From Octopus vulgaris (Eukaryota): a stretch of DNA of 64,000 bases. Position 1 is the stretch's first letter, and the number at the start of each line of letters is the position of its first letter. The translations under genes were made by a program, and so were the position numbers. Positions 1 to 12,265 of the stretch are shown piece by piece. The stretch is taken from contig OX597815.1 in the NCBI GenBank assembly GCA_951406725.2, positions 151,342,001-151,406,000 on the forward strand, read 5' to 3'. The notes under the pieces were generated by a model, which saw only the letters and a list, made by a program, of their open reading frames with translations, did not search any database and was not told the DNA's origin.

Positions 1-345
1 TTCAAGCATTCCTGCAACCACAATCTGGGGCTCCGAAAAAGAATTCTATAATTCTCGTTTTCACATGAGTCAATTATAAGATCACAGTACTTTCTTTCCA
101 GCACCAGGACAGCCACCTGCGAAGGCCACTCTGGGCTGTCAATACAAGTCGAGTCCCTCAGGATCCGACTATCCATATCATTCTCCACGAAACTGTCAAT
201 AGCCCCTCCCTTGAGATAGAAGAACATAAATTCTTCACCACTTTCACTGGGAGGGGCCTCAACTCCCTCGCTCGATGGCACCCCACTGACGAGGTTATCT
301 TCTTCCCCCTCCCCCTCCGGTGGCACACATCCCATCGAAGGGGTT

Positions 346-1223
346 TCAGGACATGTTGTCACCGGCAATGCCCTGTTTTTCTTTTTTCTCTTCTTTTTTC
401 CTGTTATGACGTGAGGGTGGAATTCCTCCGACATCTCCGGAGGACCTTACCGCCCCGCCCGCCATGTCAGGATCCATCGGTGGGCAACCATTGTTGTCCA
501 CCTTCTTTCTTTTCTTCCCCTTTGTTTTCGAGGAGGTTACCCCCTCCTCAACTTTTTCCTCCACTGGGGGAGCAGGGGACGCCTTTTCAATTAACTGTTC
601 CAGGACTCTTGCCTGGTCCTGGTGACAGTTCTTTTTTATATGGCCCAATTCCAGGCACAGGTGACACTTAGGGGGACGTCCCTCAACCATCACCGGGTAC
701 CTTGAACTGGCCATTGTTAAAAAATCTGGTAAAACCAGATCATTGGCTGATTGGGTCCATAGGGTCAAAATTGCTTTTGACCCGACCCAATCAACTGCAG
801 GCAACATTTTTACATTTAAGAGCCTGACAGGGCTGCCACCCAGGCCCCGACGAATAGTGTCTTCTATCCATTTGGCCTCTATACCGGGTGGCAGCCCACC
901 ATCCAGGCTCTTGTCAACTTTCTACTGCCATAAGTAGGGAGAAACAAAATTTTTTCCCCTTCCAAAGGCATGCTCGCAAAATCATGAGCCTCTGCAAGGG
1001 TCTCAAAAAGTACACACACAGTTCCATACTTCACACCCCTCTGGATAAAGCTAGCAGTTGACAGATAGTCTGCCAACTCCTTAATTTCTTCCTCAGAGAA
1101 GGCCTTGATGGTGTCAAGGGCCCTGGAATAGGTCCTTAACACCACCATTCTCCCCGTATAATTTTTCAACCATTCTTTGGGGGCCAAAATTTTCCACTCC
1201 ATAGCGGATTTCACAGATGCCAT
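346..1223 (-). pseudogene. Tx1/L1-clade non-LTR retrotransposon ORF1 (gag-like, CCHC zinc knuckle), disrupted; element continues past the window start
   Basis: ATG at 1223 (MASVKSAMEWK...), in-frame stops between ORFs 879-1394 and 346-807; VEGRPPKCHLCLELGHIKKNC zinc knuckle followed by a Lys/Glu-rich tail; 5' UTR about 1224-1520. Confidence 0.7.
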
Positions 1224-1739
1224 GTTGATAGCCAAAACAAAAATAAAAATCCACAAAGAAAAATCAAAATATTCAAATGAAAGTCTATAAAGAAACTCAA
1301 AAAAGATCAGAAAGACAGACTCGAGAAGAAAGAGTGAAGGAAGATAATCCCAAGTGGGGACCCTTGTTCGAAAAAATAATAACCTTACGAACAACAGACT
1401 TCACTAAGCTCCCAAAAAACAAATGCTTTACCTATGTTTGTGCTTCAAATGTTCAATTTTTCACTTATGATGTGACTTCCACCACGACGAAAAACAATGC
1501 AACAACTTGGTAGCAGTCATCGAGCTACTTACCACACACCCACTCCTATGCCTGTAAGATTTTATCCTTCTTTCTATGTTCTACATTATATATTTTAATA
1601 ATTACTGGTATTTTTATATTTTATATTTTATATATTATATATTTAAAGCATAATAGGTTATACATGTATGTATATTGCTATAATTGTCTTTTTAAAAAAA
1701 AAAATAAGTAGACATAATATAATGTCTATAAGTTTATAA

Positions 1740-1950
1740 ATACCATCTCTTGATCAACTCCATTTTCTTAATGATATATTAATTAAGGGTAAAATATCTT
1801 TTTACCATCACCCATTTATTACACTCGGTAATGTAACTGCTATGCAATGAAAAAACACTTGTGTATTAATAATTGGGTATTCGACCACCAGTATATTGGA
1901 TAGATATTATCCCTTAGTTGGTTGGATTCACAACCTCTCCCTTGGAATTA
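1740..1950 (+). repeat. PLE-associated 3' tail family copy
   Basis: 'cagtatattggatagatattatcccttagttgg' shared with 5290, 10900 (rc), 28373 and 41053, the last lying downstream of the HHR at 40572. Confidence 0.5.
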
Positions 1951-1967
1951 TATATATACATATATGC

Positions 1968-2018
<51 letters not shown>

Positions 2019-2046
2019 TACATATATAATTAGATAAAGATAACAT

Positions 2047-2089
<43 letters not shown>

Positions 2090-2098
2090 TACATACAT

Positions 2099-2139
<41 letters not shown>

Positions 2140-2212
2140 TATATATATATATATTTATGCACACACATACACAGACACACACACATACACACACACATAC
2201 ACACACACACAC
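1950..2212. repeat. (TA)n/(CA)n compound microsatellite
   Basis: Direct reading. Confidence 0.95.
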
Positions 2213-2477
2213 GCATAAATATGAGTTAGTCATAGTTGAAGTAAGTTTCACAATCACAACAGGCAAACCTGAGGAGGTGGCCCAAAGAGCAACAACAAGT
2301 TACAGGAACATTCCAGAATTTATCTATATATATCTCTATTTTTCATTTTCCTTTTACCAAAAAAAACAACAACAACAACAGAAAATAATAGGAAACTTCA
2401 GAATTATTATGATGCAATCTGAAGTCTCTATACTCATATTACGAGTATTAACTGAACACCTTTATTCTTTTATTCTC

Positions 2478-3290
2478 TCTTTTAGTTGTTTCAGTTATTT
2501 GACTGTGGCCATGCTGGAGTACTGCTTTTAGTCAAACAAATTGACCCCAGGACTTATACTTTGTAAGTCGAGTATTTATTCTATTGGTCTTTCTTCTCTG
2601 AACTGTTAAGTTACGGGAACAGTAATCACACCTGCATCGGTTGTCAAGTGATGGTAGGGGGACACACAAACACACACAGGTATATATCATCATCATCATT
2701 TAACATCCGTTTTCCATGCTAGCATGGGTTGGACGGTTCAACTGGGGTCTGGGAAGCCAGGAGGCTGTGCCAGACTCCAGTCTGATCTGGCAATGTTTCT
2801 AGAACTGGATGCTCTTCCTAATGCCAACCACTTTGTGAATGTAGTGGGTGCTTTTTACATGCCACCGGTACAAGGGCCAGAGGAGGCTAGCATGGTTGGT
2901 GCTTCTTACGTGCCACTGGCACAGACACCAGTCAAGGTGGCACTGGCATCGGCCATGCTCGGATAGTGCTTTTACGTGCCACCGTCACGGTTATCACAAC
3001 TACAATTTCCATTTGATTTTTATTTTGATGTTGATGTACTTGACTCAATAGGTGTCCTCAAGCACAGCAGGTCACCCTACGATCCAAGGTAAGCACAGCA
3101 GACCATCCTGCGAGCCATGAACTCATGACGGGCTTCTTCAGTTTCTGTCTACCAAATCCACTCACAAGGCATTGGTTGGCCCAAGACTATAGTAGAACAC
3201 ACTTGCTCATGGTGCTATACAATGGGACTGAACCCAGAACCATGTGGTTGGTAAACAAGCTGCTTACTGCACAGCCACTCCTGCACCTAT
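2478..3290 (-). mobile_element. tRNA-derived SINE (family A) split by a nested family-B element
   Basis: 3' half 2478-2680 and head 3130-3290 are the reverse complement of the full copy at 4023-4440. Confidence 0.8.
2688..3125 (-). mobile_element. RTE-tail SINE/short LINE derivative (family B, (GAT)n tail)
   Basis: catcatcat-ttaacatccgttttccatgctagcatgggttggacgg; internal gtgcc..ggcac hairpin modules. Confidence 0.8.
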
Positions 3291-3300
3291 ATACATATAA

Positions 3301-3418
3301 TTAAAACCCAACTAACAGTTAAAAAATGGAGAAGAGAAGATGTTAAAAGTGGATTAAAAATTTATAAAACCTTTTAACATCTTCTCTTCTCCATTTTTTA
3401 ATTGTTAGTTGGGTTTAA
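3301..3418. repeat. Inverted repeat (about 49-bp arms), PLE-like inversion
   Basis: aaacccaactaacagttaaaaaatggagaagagaagatgttaaaag / cttttaacatcttctcttctccattttttaattgttagttgggttt; related copy at 3902-3985. Confidence 0.75.
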
Positions 3419-4022
3419 ATAGGATTTTATCTTATAATACTCATAACACATTTTCAATTGTCTAATTTTCATATTTTAAATACCTGTAATAGCAAGTTAC
3501 TATTTTGATATGAAGAATCTTTATTAGAAATCTAACTTTTTGGACCCTCCAAAAAGTTCAAATTGTTCTACTTGAACTAATTTTTCTCACACAAACACAC
3601 ACACACACACATTCTTTTATTCTTATACTTGTTTCAGTCATTTGACTGCAGCCATGCTGAAGCACCACCTTTAGTCAAACAAATCAACTCCAGGACTTAT
3701 ACTTTGTAAGCCTAGTACTTATCCTGTCGGTCACTTATTGCCGAACCGCTAAGTTATGGGGATGTAACCACACCAGCATCAGTTGTCAAGCGATGGTGGT
3801 GGTGGTGGTGGTGGTGGGGGACAAAGACAGACGCAAAAACATACACATACACACACAGATATATACATACATACATACATACATATATATATATATACAC
3901 TGTTAACATCTCTTCTCCATTTTTTAACTTTTAGTTGGGCTTATGTAGGATTCTATCCTATAATACTCAAAACACATTTTTAATTATATATATATATATG
4001 ATGATGATGATGATGATGATAT

Positions 4023-4440
4023 AGGTGCAGGAGTAGCTGTGTGGTACGTAGCTTGCTAACCAACCACATGGTTCCAGGTTCAGTCCCACTGCGTGGCACC
4101 TTGGGCAAGTGTTTCTACTATAGCCTCAGGCTGACCAAAGCCTTGTGAGTGGATTTGGTAGACGGAAACTGAAAGAAGCCCGTCATATATATTTATATGT
4201 ATATGTATGTGTGTGTGTGTGTATGTATATGTTTGTGTGTCTGTGTTTGTCTCCCCAACTTCGCTTGACAACCGATGCTGGTGTGTTTATGTCCCCGTCT
4301 TAGCGGTTCGGCAAGAGAGACCGATAGAATAAGTACTAGGGTTACAAAGAATAAGTCCTGGGGTCAATTTGCTCGACTAAAGGTGGTACTCCAGCATGGC
4401 TGCAGTCAAATGAGTAAAACAAATAAAAGAATAAAAAGAA
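4023..4440 (+). mobile_element. Full-length tRNA-derived SINE family A with internal (TA)/(TG) microsatellite
   Basis: A-box-like tagctgtgtggta, B-box-like ggttcagtccc, CORE-like gcaccttgggcaagt, tail aaaagaataaaaaga. Confidence 0.85.
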
Positions 4441-4548
4441 AAAAGAATATATACATACACACACATATATTTAGTAAAATTTAGATTCAGTTGAATATGA
4501 TACTTAAGTTAAAAGCACCAGAATTTAGTATGGTATTATCCATATAAT

Positions 4549-4652
4549 TCAAAATAAGCAACAAGGATATCCAGAGGTGATGCAATACGATCATTTAGTT
4601 GCATGAAACGATCGTTCTGCATTACCTCTGGATATCCTTGTTGCTTATTTTG
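4549..4652. repeat. Hairpin containing the 3' half of a hammerhead motif (GAAA-CGATCG-TT)
   Basis: Arms 4549-4592 / 4608-4652; gaaacgatcgtt at 4605-4616. Confidence 0.6.
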
Positions 4653-4654
4653 AT

Positions 4655-4685
<31 letters not shown>

Positions 4686-4709
4686 CTATAAAAGAGGAAG
4701 TGGAGACAA

Positions 4710-5164
4710 TATGAAATCGACAGACATCAGCTGGTAAACATTCCTGTATATCTATTTATTCCAATGTATTGGATTGATATACACACATGTATTAGTGGTA
4801 CAGATAATTAAGTAGGAGTTAGTAATTGATAATTGCAAAAACAAAGGTGTGGAAGTATATAGGAATGAGTGATCAATTGAGCAGATGAGCAAATAAGCAG
4901 ATTGTCTATAAAACCGAATGGGTGTGTAGGAACTAGCACCTACACACCCATTCGGTTTTATAGACAATCTGCTCATTTGCTCATCTGCTCAATTGATCAC
5001 TCATTCCTATCTGCTTATATGCTTCCACACCCACATTTTTGCAATTACTAGCTCTTTCCACTTGATTATCTATATCACTAATACATGTGTGCGAACCAAT
5101 CCAATACATTGGAATAAATAAACATACTAGAATGTTTACTGGCTGATATCTGTCGATTTCATAT
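4710..5164. repeat. About 450-bp near-perfect palindrome (8-nt loop) running into the PLE tail family
   Basis: Centre gggtgtgtagg-aactagca-cctacacaccc at about 4920-4949; outer ends atgaaatcgacaga / tctgtcgatttcat. Confidence 0.9.
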
Positions 5165-5369
5165 CCTCTTTCTTATTTGCTGTATAAATGAAGGGTAGAC
5201 CACTTCTTACCCCTGCTCATATTATATTCAAATGCAAGATTGTCACGCAATAACTAGCACTTGGGTATGAATAACTGGGTACACTACCAGCAGTATATTG
5301 GATAGGTACTGTCCCTTAGTTGGTTTCTCAGCCTCTAATTCACACAGAAATAAATATATCTGGACTGAC

Positions 5370-5622
5370 TCCTGAGCAGGTTGCACGTAAAAAACACCAT
5401 TTGAGCGTGCCGCCTGACTGGCCCTTGTGTCGGTGGCACGTAAAAGCACCCACTACACTCTCGGAGTGGTTGGTGTTAGGAATGGTATCCAGCTGTAGAA
5501 ACTCTGCCAGATCAAATTGGAGCCTGGTGCAGCTATCTGGTTTGCCAGTCCTCAGTCAAATCGTTCAACCCATGCTAGCATGGAAAGCGGACATTAAATG
5601 ATGATGATGATGATGATGATGA
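5370..5622 (+). mobile_element. Family B RTE-tail element
   Basis: Ends ccatgctagcatggaaagcggacattaaat(gat)n. Confidence 0.8.
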
Positions 5623-5634
5623 TAATATATATAG

Positions 5635-5788
5635 TTTCAGTTTCCATCTACCAAATCCACTCATAAGGATTAGGTCGGCCTGAGGCTATAGTAGAAAACA
5701 CTTGCCTAAGGTGCTATGCAGTGGGACTGAACCTGGAACCATGTGGTTGGTAAACAAGCTGCTTACCACATAGCCACTCTTGTGCCTA
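5635..5788 (-). mobile_element. SINE family A head
   Basis: Reverse complement of 4023-4180. Confidence 0.8.
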
Positions 5789-6393
5789 CTTTGATAGATA
5801 ATTTTTATAAATAGATGTTGTTTGGGTTTTTTTCCCTCCAAATTTTCCATGTTTAGTCAAGTGAGAAGCGTTTCCTCCTTTCTCCTCACTCGCTTACATT
5901 TTATGATTATATTTTCTATTTCTTCCTCACCACGCTCTGTCTGTCTGTCTGTCTCTCCCTCACTCTTTGATGACTGTTATCAAATTCTTTTTACATGACT
6001 CTTTGTTTTTAAGGTTTCCTTGCTTTCTTGGTTGTTTACTTCCAAATACTGGATGTTTCAATAATATTGTTCATATGACTCAGTGCTGCCCAGCCAAACT
6101 AGGACTCCTGTGGAAGTCTGTAGAAACACCTTCTCTTCCTACACCTCCCCTTGTCTCCCTTCCTACCTCATTTACTTTTACTGATAATATGTCTATAGTT
6201 CTCTCCTGCCACCCCAGCCCATGACCTGTTCACCACCATCAGCTTCATACTCTCACTAACAAAATCATAGTGCCACTCCTCACCCAAAGGTATTTCCTCA
6301 GTATGAATAATTACTTGGCTAGTAACTTTTTTTGTATTATTAGCTAAACCTGTTGTTTAGCTAATAATAATGATAATAATAATAATAATAATG

Positions 6394-6448
<55 letters not shown>

Positions 6449-6504
6449 CAATAATAATATTTTACCCCAGTGTCACTTTGATAGCATGCACTGCTCTCTC
6501 ACTC

Positions 6505-6559
<55 letters not shown>

Positions 6560-6562
<3 letters not shown>

Positions 6563-7118
6563 GCCCTGATGCAGTACTAGGCAGTGGCTCTCATGGCTTC
6601 TGATCTTAGCTGATTGGAAGTGTTATCATGTACATTGTTTTGTCTTGGTACAAAAAGATGGGCTACAGCAAATATTCTGCTCAATACCACAGATTTGCTT
6701 GTCAGTTGTTTGACCGTAACCAGTTGAGCATGTCCCTTAGTGGCTGACGATATATGCATCTCTGATCATGAGCAGAAGTAGTGGAGGAGCATCATAGCCA
6801 TGTGTTGAGAGGGATTCTTTGGGGTTTGAATAATTCACCTCTGGAAACATGGGTGGTTCTTTCAACATCCTTAAACAACCCTTATTCAGGGACCTTTTGA
6901 GCGGGATGGGCTACTCAACCTGAAGAAAATTCTAACTGGGCCCCACCTGCAAGGTCATGTGCTGTTTATCTTGATATGAGATCACCATGTCGCGCACATA
7001 TGGTTGTGATGCATGTGCCTGGTGTACCCTTATCAGACGGGTAGTCATGATGGGTATATTGGGCTTCGTATATTTTACCCCAGTGTCACTTTGATGGCAT
7101 GAACTACTCTCTCACTCA
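6560..7118 (+). mobile_element. About 560-bp non-coding (AAT)n-targeted retroposon, copy 1
   Basis: Starts atgccctgatgcagtac, ends ctctctcactc(aat)n; other copies at 7135, 43998 (rc), 47408, 53185; 3'-only stub at 6460-6505. Confidence 0.8.
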
Positions 7119-7134
7119 ATAATAATAATAATAA

Positions 7135-7677
7135 ATGTCCTGATGCAGTACCAAGTAGTGGCTCTCATGGCTTCTGATCTTAACTGATTGCCAGTGTTAT
7201 CATGTACATTGTTTTGTCTTGGTATAGAAGATGGGCTACAGCAAATGTTCTGCTCAATACCACAGATTTACTTATCAGTTGTTTGATCTTAACCAGTTGA
7301 GCATGTCCCTCAGTGGCTGACGACATGTGCATCTCTGATCATGAGCAGAAGTAGTGGGGGAGCATCATAGCCATGTGTTGAGAGGGATTCTTTGGGGTTT
7401 CAATAATTCACCTCTGGAAACATGGCTGGTTTTTTCAACATCCTTAAACAACCGTTATTCGGGGACCTTTTGAGTGGAATGGGTTACTTGACCAGAAGAA
7501 AATTCTAACTTGGCCCCCACCTGCAAAGTCATGTGCTGTTTATCTTGATATGAGATCACCATGTCGCACACATATGGTTGTGATGCATGTGCCTGATGTA
7601 CTCTTATCAGATGGATAGTCATGATGGGTATACTTTACCCCAGTGTCACTTTGATAGCATGCACTGCTTTCTCACTC

Positions 7678-7678
<1 letters not shown>
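7135..7678 (+). mobile_element. About 560-bp (AAT)n-targeted retroposon, copy 2 (head-to-tail)
   Basis: Diverged direct repeat of 6560-7118 separated by AAT repeats. Confidence 0.8.
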
Positions 7679-7727
<49 letters not shown>

Positions 7728-8189
7728 TTAAAAAAAGTGCAAAATATCGTGTTAACTGGAATGACTCATGTACTGAGAAGAGCATTATCGCTGTGAAAAC
7801 AACATCAATTCATGAATGTATTTGTTTATTAATATTTTTAAATACATATTTTACCTGTGAATTTGCATGTGTAATCTGGGAATGCATACAATGAGCTTCT
7901 CTGCCCTAAGTGTACAGAAAACACTCGGCGAGAATTGGAAGAAAATTTGTAGAAAGAAGGAATAAAAATAATAATGATGATAATGCTAATTTCTTTATTA
8001 ACCACATTAAGAATAATAAACAGAAATCACCCTTTACTGTCATCTTAACATCAGACAATCATTTTATAATCAAATTACTTTTAAAACAAACTTCTAATTT
8101 ACTTATGTTTTGAAAAATACCCTGAACAATACGTTGTGCAAAACCAAATATATAGCATCCCAGTCATAACACCAACTTGAACTTCCAAC

Positions 8190-8715
8190 TTTTGGAAGTG
8201 GTGCTTTTTACGTGCTACCAGCATGGAAGCCAGCTTGTTGCTCTGGCAATGATCACACTTGTATGGTACTCTTAGTGCTCCACTAGTATGGATGCCAGTC
8301 ATCGAATTTGATTTCGATTTCAATTTCACTTGCCTCAAAAGGTCTTCACAAGCAGAGCTTAGTGTCCAATGAAGGAAGGTACACATAAGTGGGCTGGTTA
8401 CACTCCTGGCATATGCCACAAGGTTATGGTCTCACTTGGCTTGCCGGGTCTTCTCAAGCACAGCATATTTCCAAAGGTCTCAATCACTAGTCATTGCCTC
8501 GGTGAGGCCCAATGTTCGAAGGTCATGCTTCACCACCTCATCCCAGGTCTTCCTGGGTCTACCTCTTCCACAGGTTTCCTCAACCGCTAGGGTGTGGCAC
8601 TCTTTTACACAGCTATCCACATCCATTCTCATCACATGCCATACCAGCGCAGTCGTCTCTCTTGTACACCACATCTGATGCTTCTTAGGTCTGACTTTTC
8701 TCTCAAGGTATTTAC
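8190..8715 (-). mobile_element. RTE LINE 3' end / family B
   Basis: ORF 8480-8770 WHVMRMD...GRGRPRKTWDEVVKHDL is the RTE RT C-terminus. Confidence 0.8.
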
Positions 8716-8888
8716 ACTCTAATAATAATACATAGGCACAGGATTGGTAAGTAGTTTGCTTACCAGCCACATGGTTCTGGGTTCGGTCCCACTGCGTGAC
8801 ACCTTAGGCAAGTGTTTTCTACTATAGCCTCAGGCCGACCTAATCATTATGAGTGGATTTGGTAGATGGAAACTGAAAGAAGCCTGTC

Positions 8889-8942
<54 letters not shown>

Positions 8943-8984
8943 TCATCATCATCATCATTTAACGTCTGCTTTCCATGCTAAGGT

Positions 8985-10000
8985 AAATTATTTGGCACTT
9001 TCTATTCTCTTTATCTACTACAACCAAATCAGACCTTCTAGCTTCTGTTAACTGTCAGTCTGAATGTTAAAGTACCACAACACCTTGTACTTACTTTCTA
9101 GTACTTTAGTAGGTTCATGTTCATACCATTTATCAGTATGGTCAAATCCTAACTTTCTACATAACTACCAATGGATTACTCTCCCTAGGTTATCATATCT
9201 TTTCTTGTGTATTTTCTATGTCAGCATGCTACATTCACTTGCTATATGCGTAATGCTTTCCTCTTTTGATTTCCATAACCTACATTGGGAATCTACTTGG
9301 TTTTTATCTATCTTGGCTTTTATCCAATTAGTCCTTAGTGCTTGAACTTGTGCAGCTACTAACAAACTTTCTTTCTCCTTTTTCAGCTTTCCTTTATGCA
9401 ATCATAATCATGTCTCACTACTATTATTTGCTGCAACTATCTTTGGGAATCTACCATGCAACACCTTCTCCTGCCAGTCAGATAACTTCTGTTCTTTTTT
9501 CTGGTTTTTAACATCGTTTGGGTTTTTGGTTTCCCCATGTCTTGCTGTGACTCTAGCAGCTTTTAGTAAATTTTCTTCCCTATTACCTACACAGGAATCT
9601 ATATCTATTCTAGCTAACTCCATGGAGTGTTCTACTGATAGTAACCCTCTTCCACCTTCTTTTCTGGGTATGTATAATCTTACTACTCCTGCCCTTGGGT
9701 GGAGCTTTCCATTCATATTGAATTCATTCCTAGTTCTTCTGTCTAGCTCTGCAAATTCAGTTTTTGTCCAATCTATAAAAGCTGCTGAGTATCTAAGTAA
9801 TGAAACTGCCCAAGTATCAACAGCCTTCACAAGATTCGGACCATTTAGCTTTAACTTCATTAGCTTCCTCACCCTTCTGATGTACTCCTTCTCAGTTTTC
9901 ATTTTTATTTCTATAGTTAGTACTTTGTCAGATTATAATACTCCTAGATACTTATAACACTCTCCTCCTTTCAATGATTTTAATGTCTGGTCACATTACA
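8985..10000 (-). pseudogene. R4/Dong-type RLE LINE fragment (RT C-terminus to CCHC)
   Basis: LYIPRKEGGRGLLSVE; QALRTNWIKAKID...CRL...ESITHIASEC. Confidence 0.85.
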
Positions 10001-10294
10001 TGAGAGTGTCTTGATCAGCCTATAAACTTTTCTGTTGACTTTGTATAGAGAGTATATATATATATATATATACATGGCTGATATCAGTGCCACCTGACTG
10101 GCTCCCATGCCAGTGGCATATAAAAATCACCCATTACAATCTCAGAGTGGTTGGCATTAGGAAGGGCATCCAGCTGTAGAGAGCTTGCCAAATTAGATTG
10201 GAGCCTGGTGCAGTTTCCTGGCTTGGCGGTCCTCTGTCAAACCATCCAACCCATGCCAGCATGGAAAGTGGACGTTAAATGACAACGACAATGA

Positions 10295-10330
<36 letters not shown>

Positions 10331-10336
10331 CATATA

Positions 10337-10857
10337 CCGTAAATCCTCGAGTATAATCCACATTTTTTTCCCAAAATTTAAAGGTCAATATCCCTACTGC
10401 GTACTATATATGAGGTTAAAAATGAAAATTATTTTCTAAGCAATGTCCGAGTCTCTATTTGCTGTCCAGCAATGTTTGTTCAGATGCATTTTGCGATGTC
10501 AGGCGTGAAAATACCTTAAGCTAAGCCTGAAAGCAATGAAGTCAGAAAAGAATCATCCATAACTTGCAGTAAGCAACATTTATTAAATGTTATTACTATT
10601 ATTACTGCTATTTCTTTATTTTCTCCAAACAAAATGCACAAAAAAGCTACACGTTTGCATTATGTTATATGTACAATAATAATAAAGGACGTTACCGTAT
10701 ATATTTTTACAAACCAAGGGCGTTATATAGACCTCCTTGACTCAAATTAGAGAAGGGGTGCGTATTATGCACAAGGTTTAGGTTTTTCAGAGGTACAGCC
10801 CCCTACAAATCCCCTGCATATTATACACAAGGGCGGACTATACTCGAGGATTTATGG
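10337..10857. mobile_element. Tc1/mariner-pogo type MITE
   Basis: TIRs ccgtaaatcctcgagtata / tatactcgaggatttatgg, flanked by TA. Confidence 0.85.
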
Positions 10858-11095
10858 TATATATATATATCTGTGTGAGTTAGAGGTTGGGAAGCCAACC
10901 AACTAAGGGATTGTACCTATCTAATATACTGCTAGTTGTGTGCCCAATTATTCATACCCAAGTACTGGTTATTGCTTGGCAATTTCACAATTGAGTGTTA
11001 TATATGGGCAGGGGTAAAAAGTGGTTTACCTCTAATTTATATGGCAAATGAGAAAATGGAGAGGATACAAAAATGACATACATATATAATTTTTC

Positions 11096-11195
11096 ATGCC
11101 CTGAAGATTTTCCACTCAAGGTATTTTGAAATGCAAACTCATATATTTATATGTTTTGTAATTTAAATTGGATGTTAAATGAAACAGTTGTAGAC
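11096..11195 (+). ncRNA. Degenerate hammerhead ribozyme motif with long stem II
   Basis: CTGAAGA 11101-11107; GAAA-CAGTTG-TA 11181-11192; preceded by an inverted PLE tail (10870-11070). Confidence 0.5.
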
Positions 11196-12020
11196 AATGA
11201 AAATTAATAAATAAATTAGTTTATATCCTCATATCCATTGAATCTCTCCATTTTCAAACTTAATGATATATATATATATATATATAAATGCTAGTTTTGT
11301 AAAGCTGAAAAAGAATGACAAAAGACCACAATAATATGCATGTTGGAAAAAAGTGAATGTTGAAGTGACGGCTGTGATAAAGAGTGAGAAATATAATATT
11401 GCGGTCTCTCACCCAATGTATTCCCATTGAGTCTACATATCCACTTTCCCACACTCTTAATACCGTTGTAGTGAAATCACAGCAGAGATTTGAACCATTG
11501 ATCTCAGATTTCCCTGGTCTAGAATCACAAACTGATATATTTCCATAAAAGGAAAAGCATTACCATAAAAGGTATTAACACTTACAGTAAATAATATTTA
11601 ACCAATCAGCACTAGTTGACTTATGGTCGAGGCGGCAAAACTTTCCACACCAGTCTAACTGAAGATTTCACAAGGATAGCCAACAACTATTGGAAGACTG
11701 GCAAATGCAATCCAACTTATCTCAAGTAGACTACGTCTCATGTCTTAATAAATTGCTCCCTTTACCTTTCTTTCACTTTTAAGTAACATGCTTATGTCAT
11801 TGTCAACAAATGGTTCTAATCTTTGCTTGTGTTCAATAAACACATATCATCAATTATATGCAGTGATTCATTTCCTTGAACCGCCTTCATTACTTTATCT
11901 GACGAGCTATATACAAAAGATTACTGTTATGGTCACTGAATATCGATGTATTTATTTATTGAAGGTACATTTGCAAATATAATGATGCTAGTTAATAAAA
12001 TATATTATGAAACTAAAAGT

Positions 12021-12265
12021 TTAGTGGTAGTCATTGTCTACGCATGCTAGGTTTCTAGCTTGTGAATAGCCCATGCTCTTAACCACTACGCCATATGCCC
12101 ATGGGCAGTGACCTGAATAATAATAACAATAATAATAAGTGTAATGGGTGCTTTTATGTGTCGCCAGTTTTCTCCTGTTTTTAATAATTTCAAAGTATTT
12201 GATCAGATCCTCAAAATTAATCTTATGTAACACACCTGCTTCTATACTTGGTAGAGATAAAACAT
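12021..12265 (-). pseudogene. hAT transposase C-terminal (dimerisation) fragment
   Basis: SIEAGVLHKINFEDLIKYFEIIKNRRK resembles the hAT C-terminal LSIE...F.DLI..FA..K.R motif. Confidence 0.55.

Noticed and set aside
4023-4100. tRNA genes at SINE heads (also 22869)
   Set aside because: A/B boxes are present but they continue into SINE bodies in many copies, with no complete cloverleaf.
6560-6630. Possible HDV-like ribozyme at the 5' end of the (AAT)n-targeted element
   Set aside because: Two hairpins are present (including cttctgatc/gattggaag), but I could not build P1/P2/P3 or find the catalytic C-containing J4/2.
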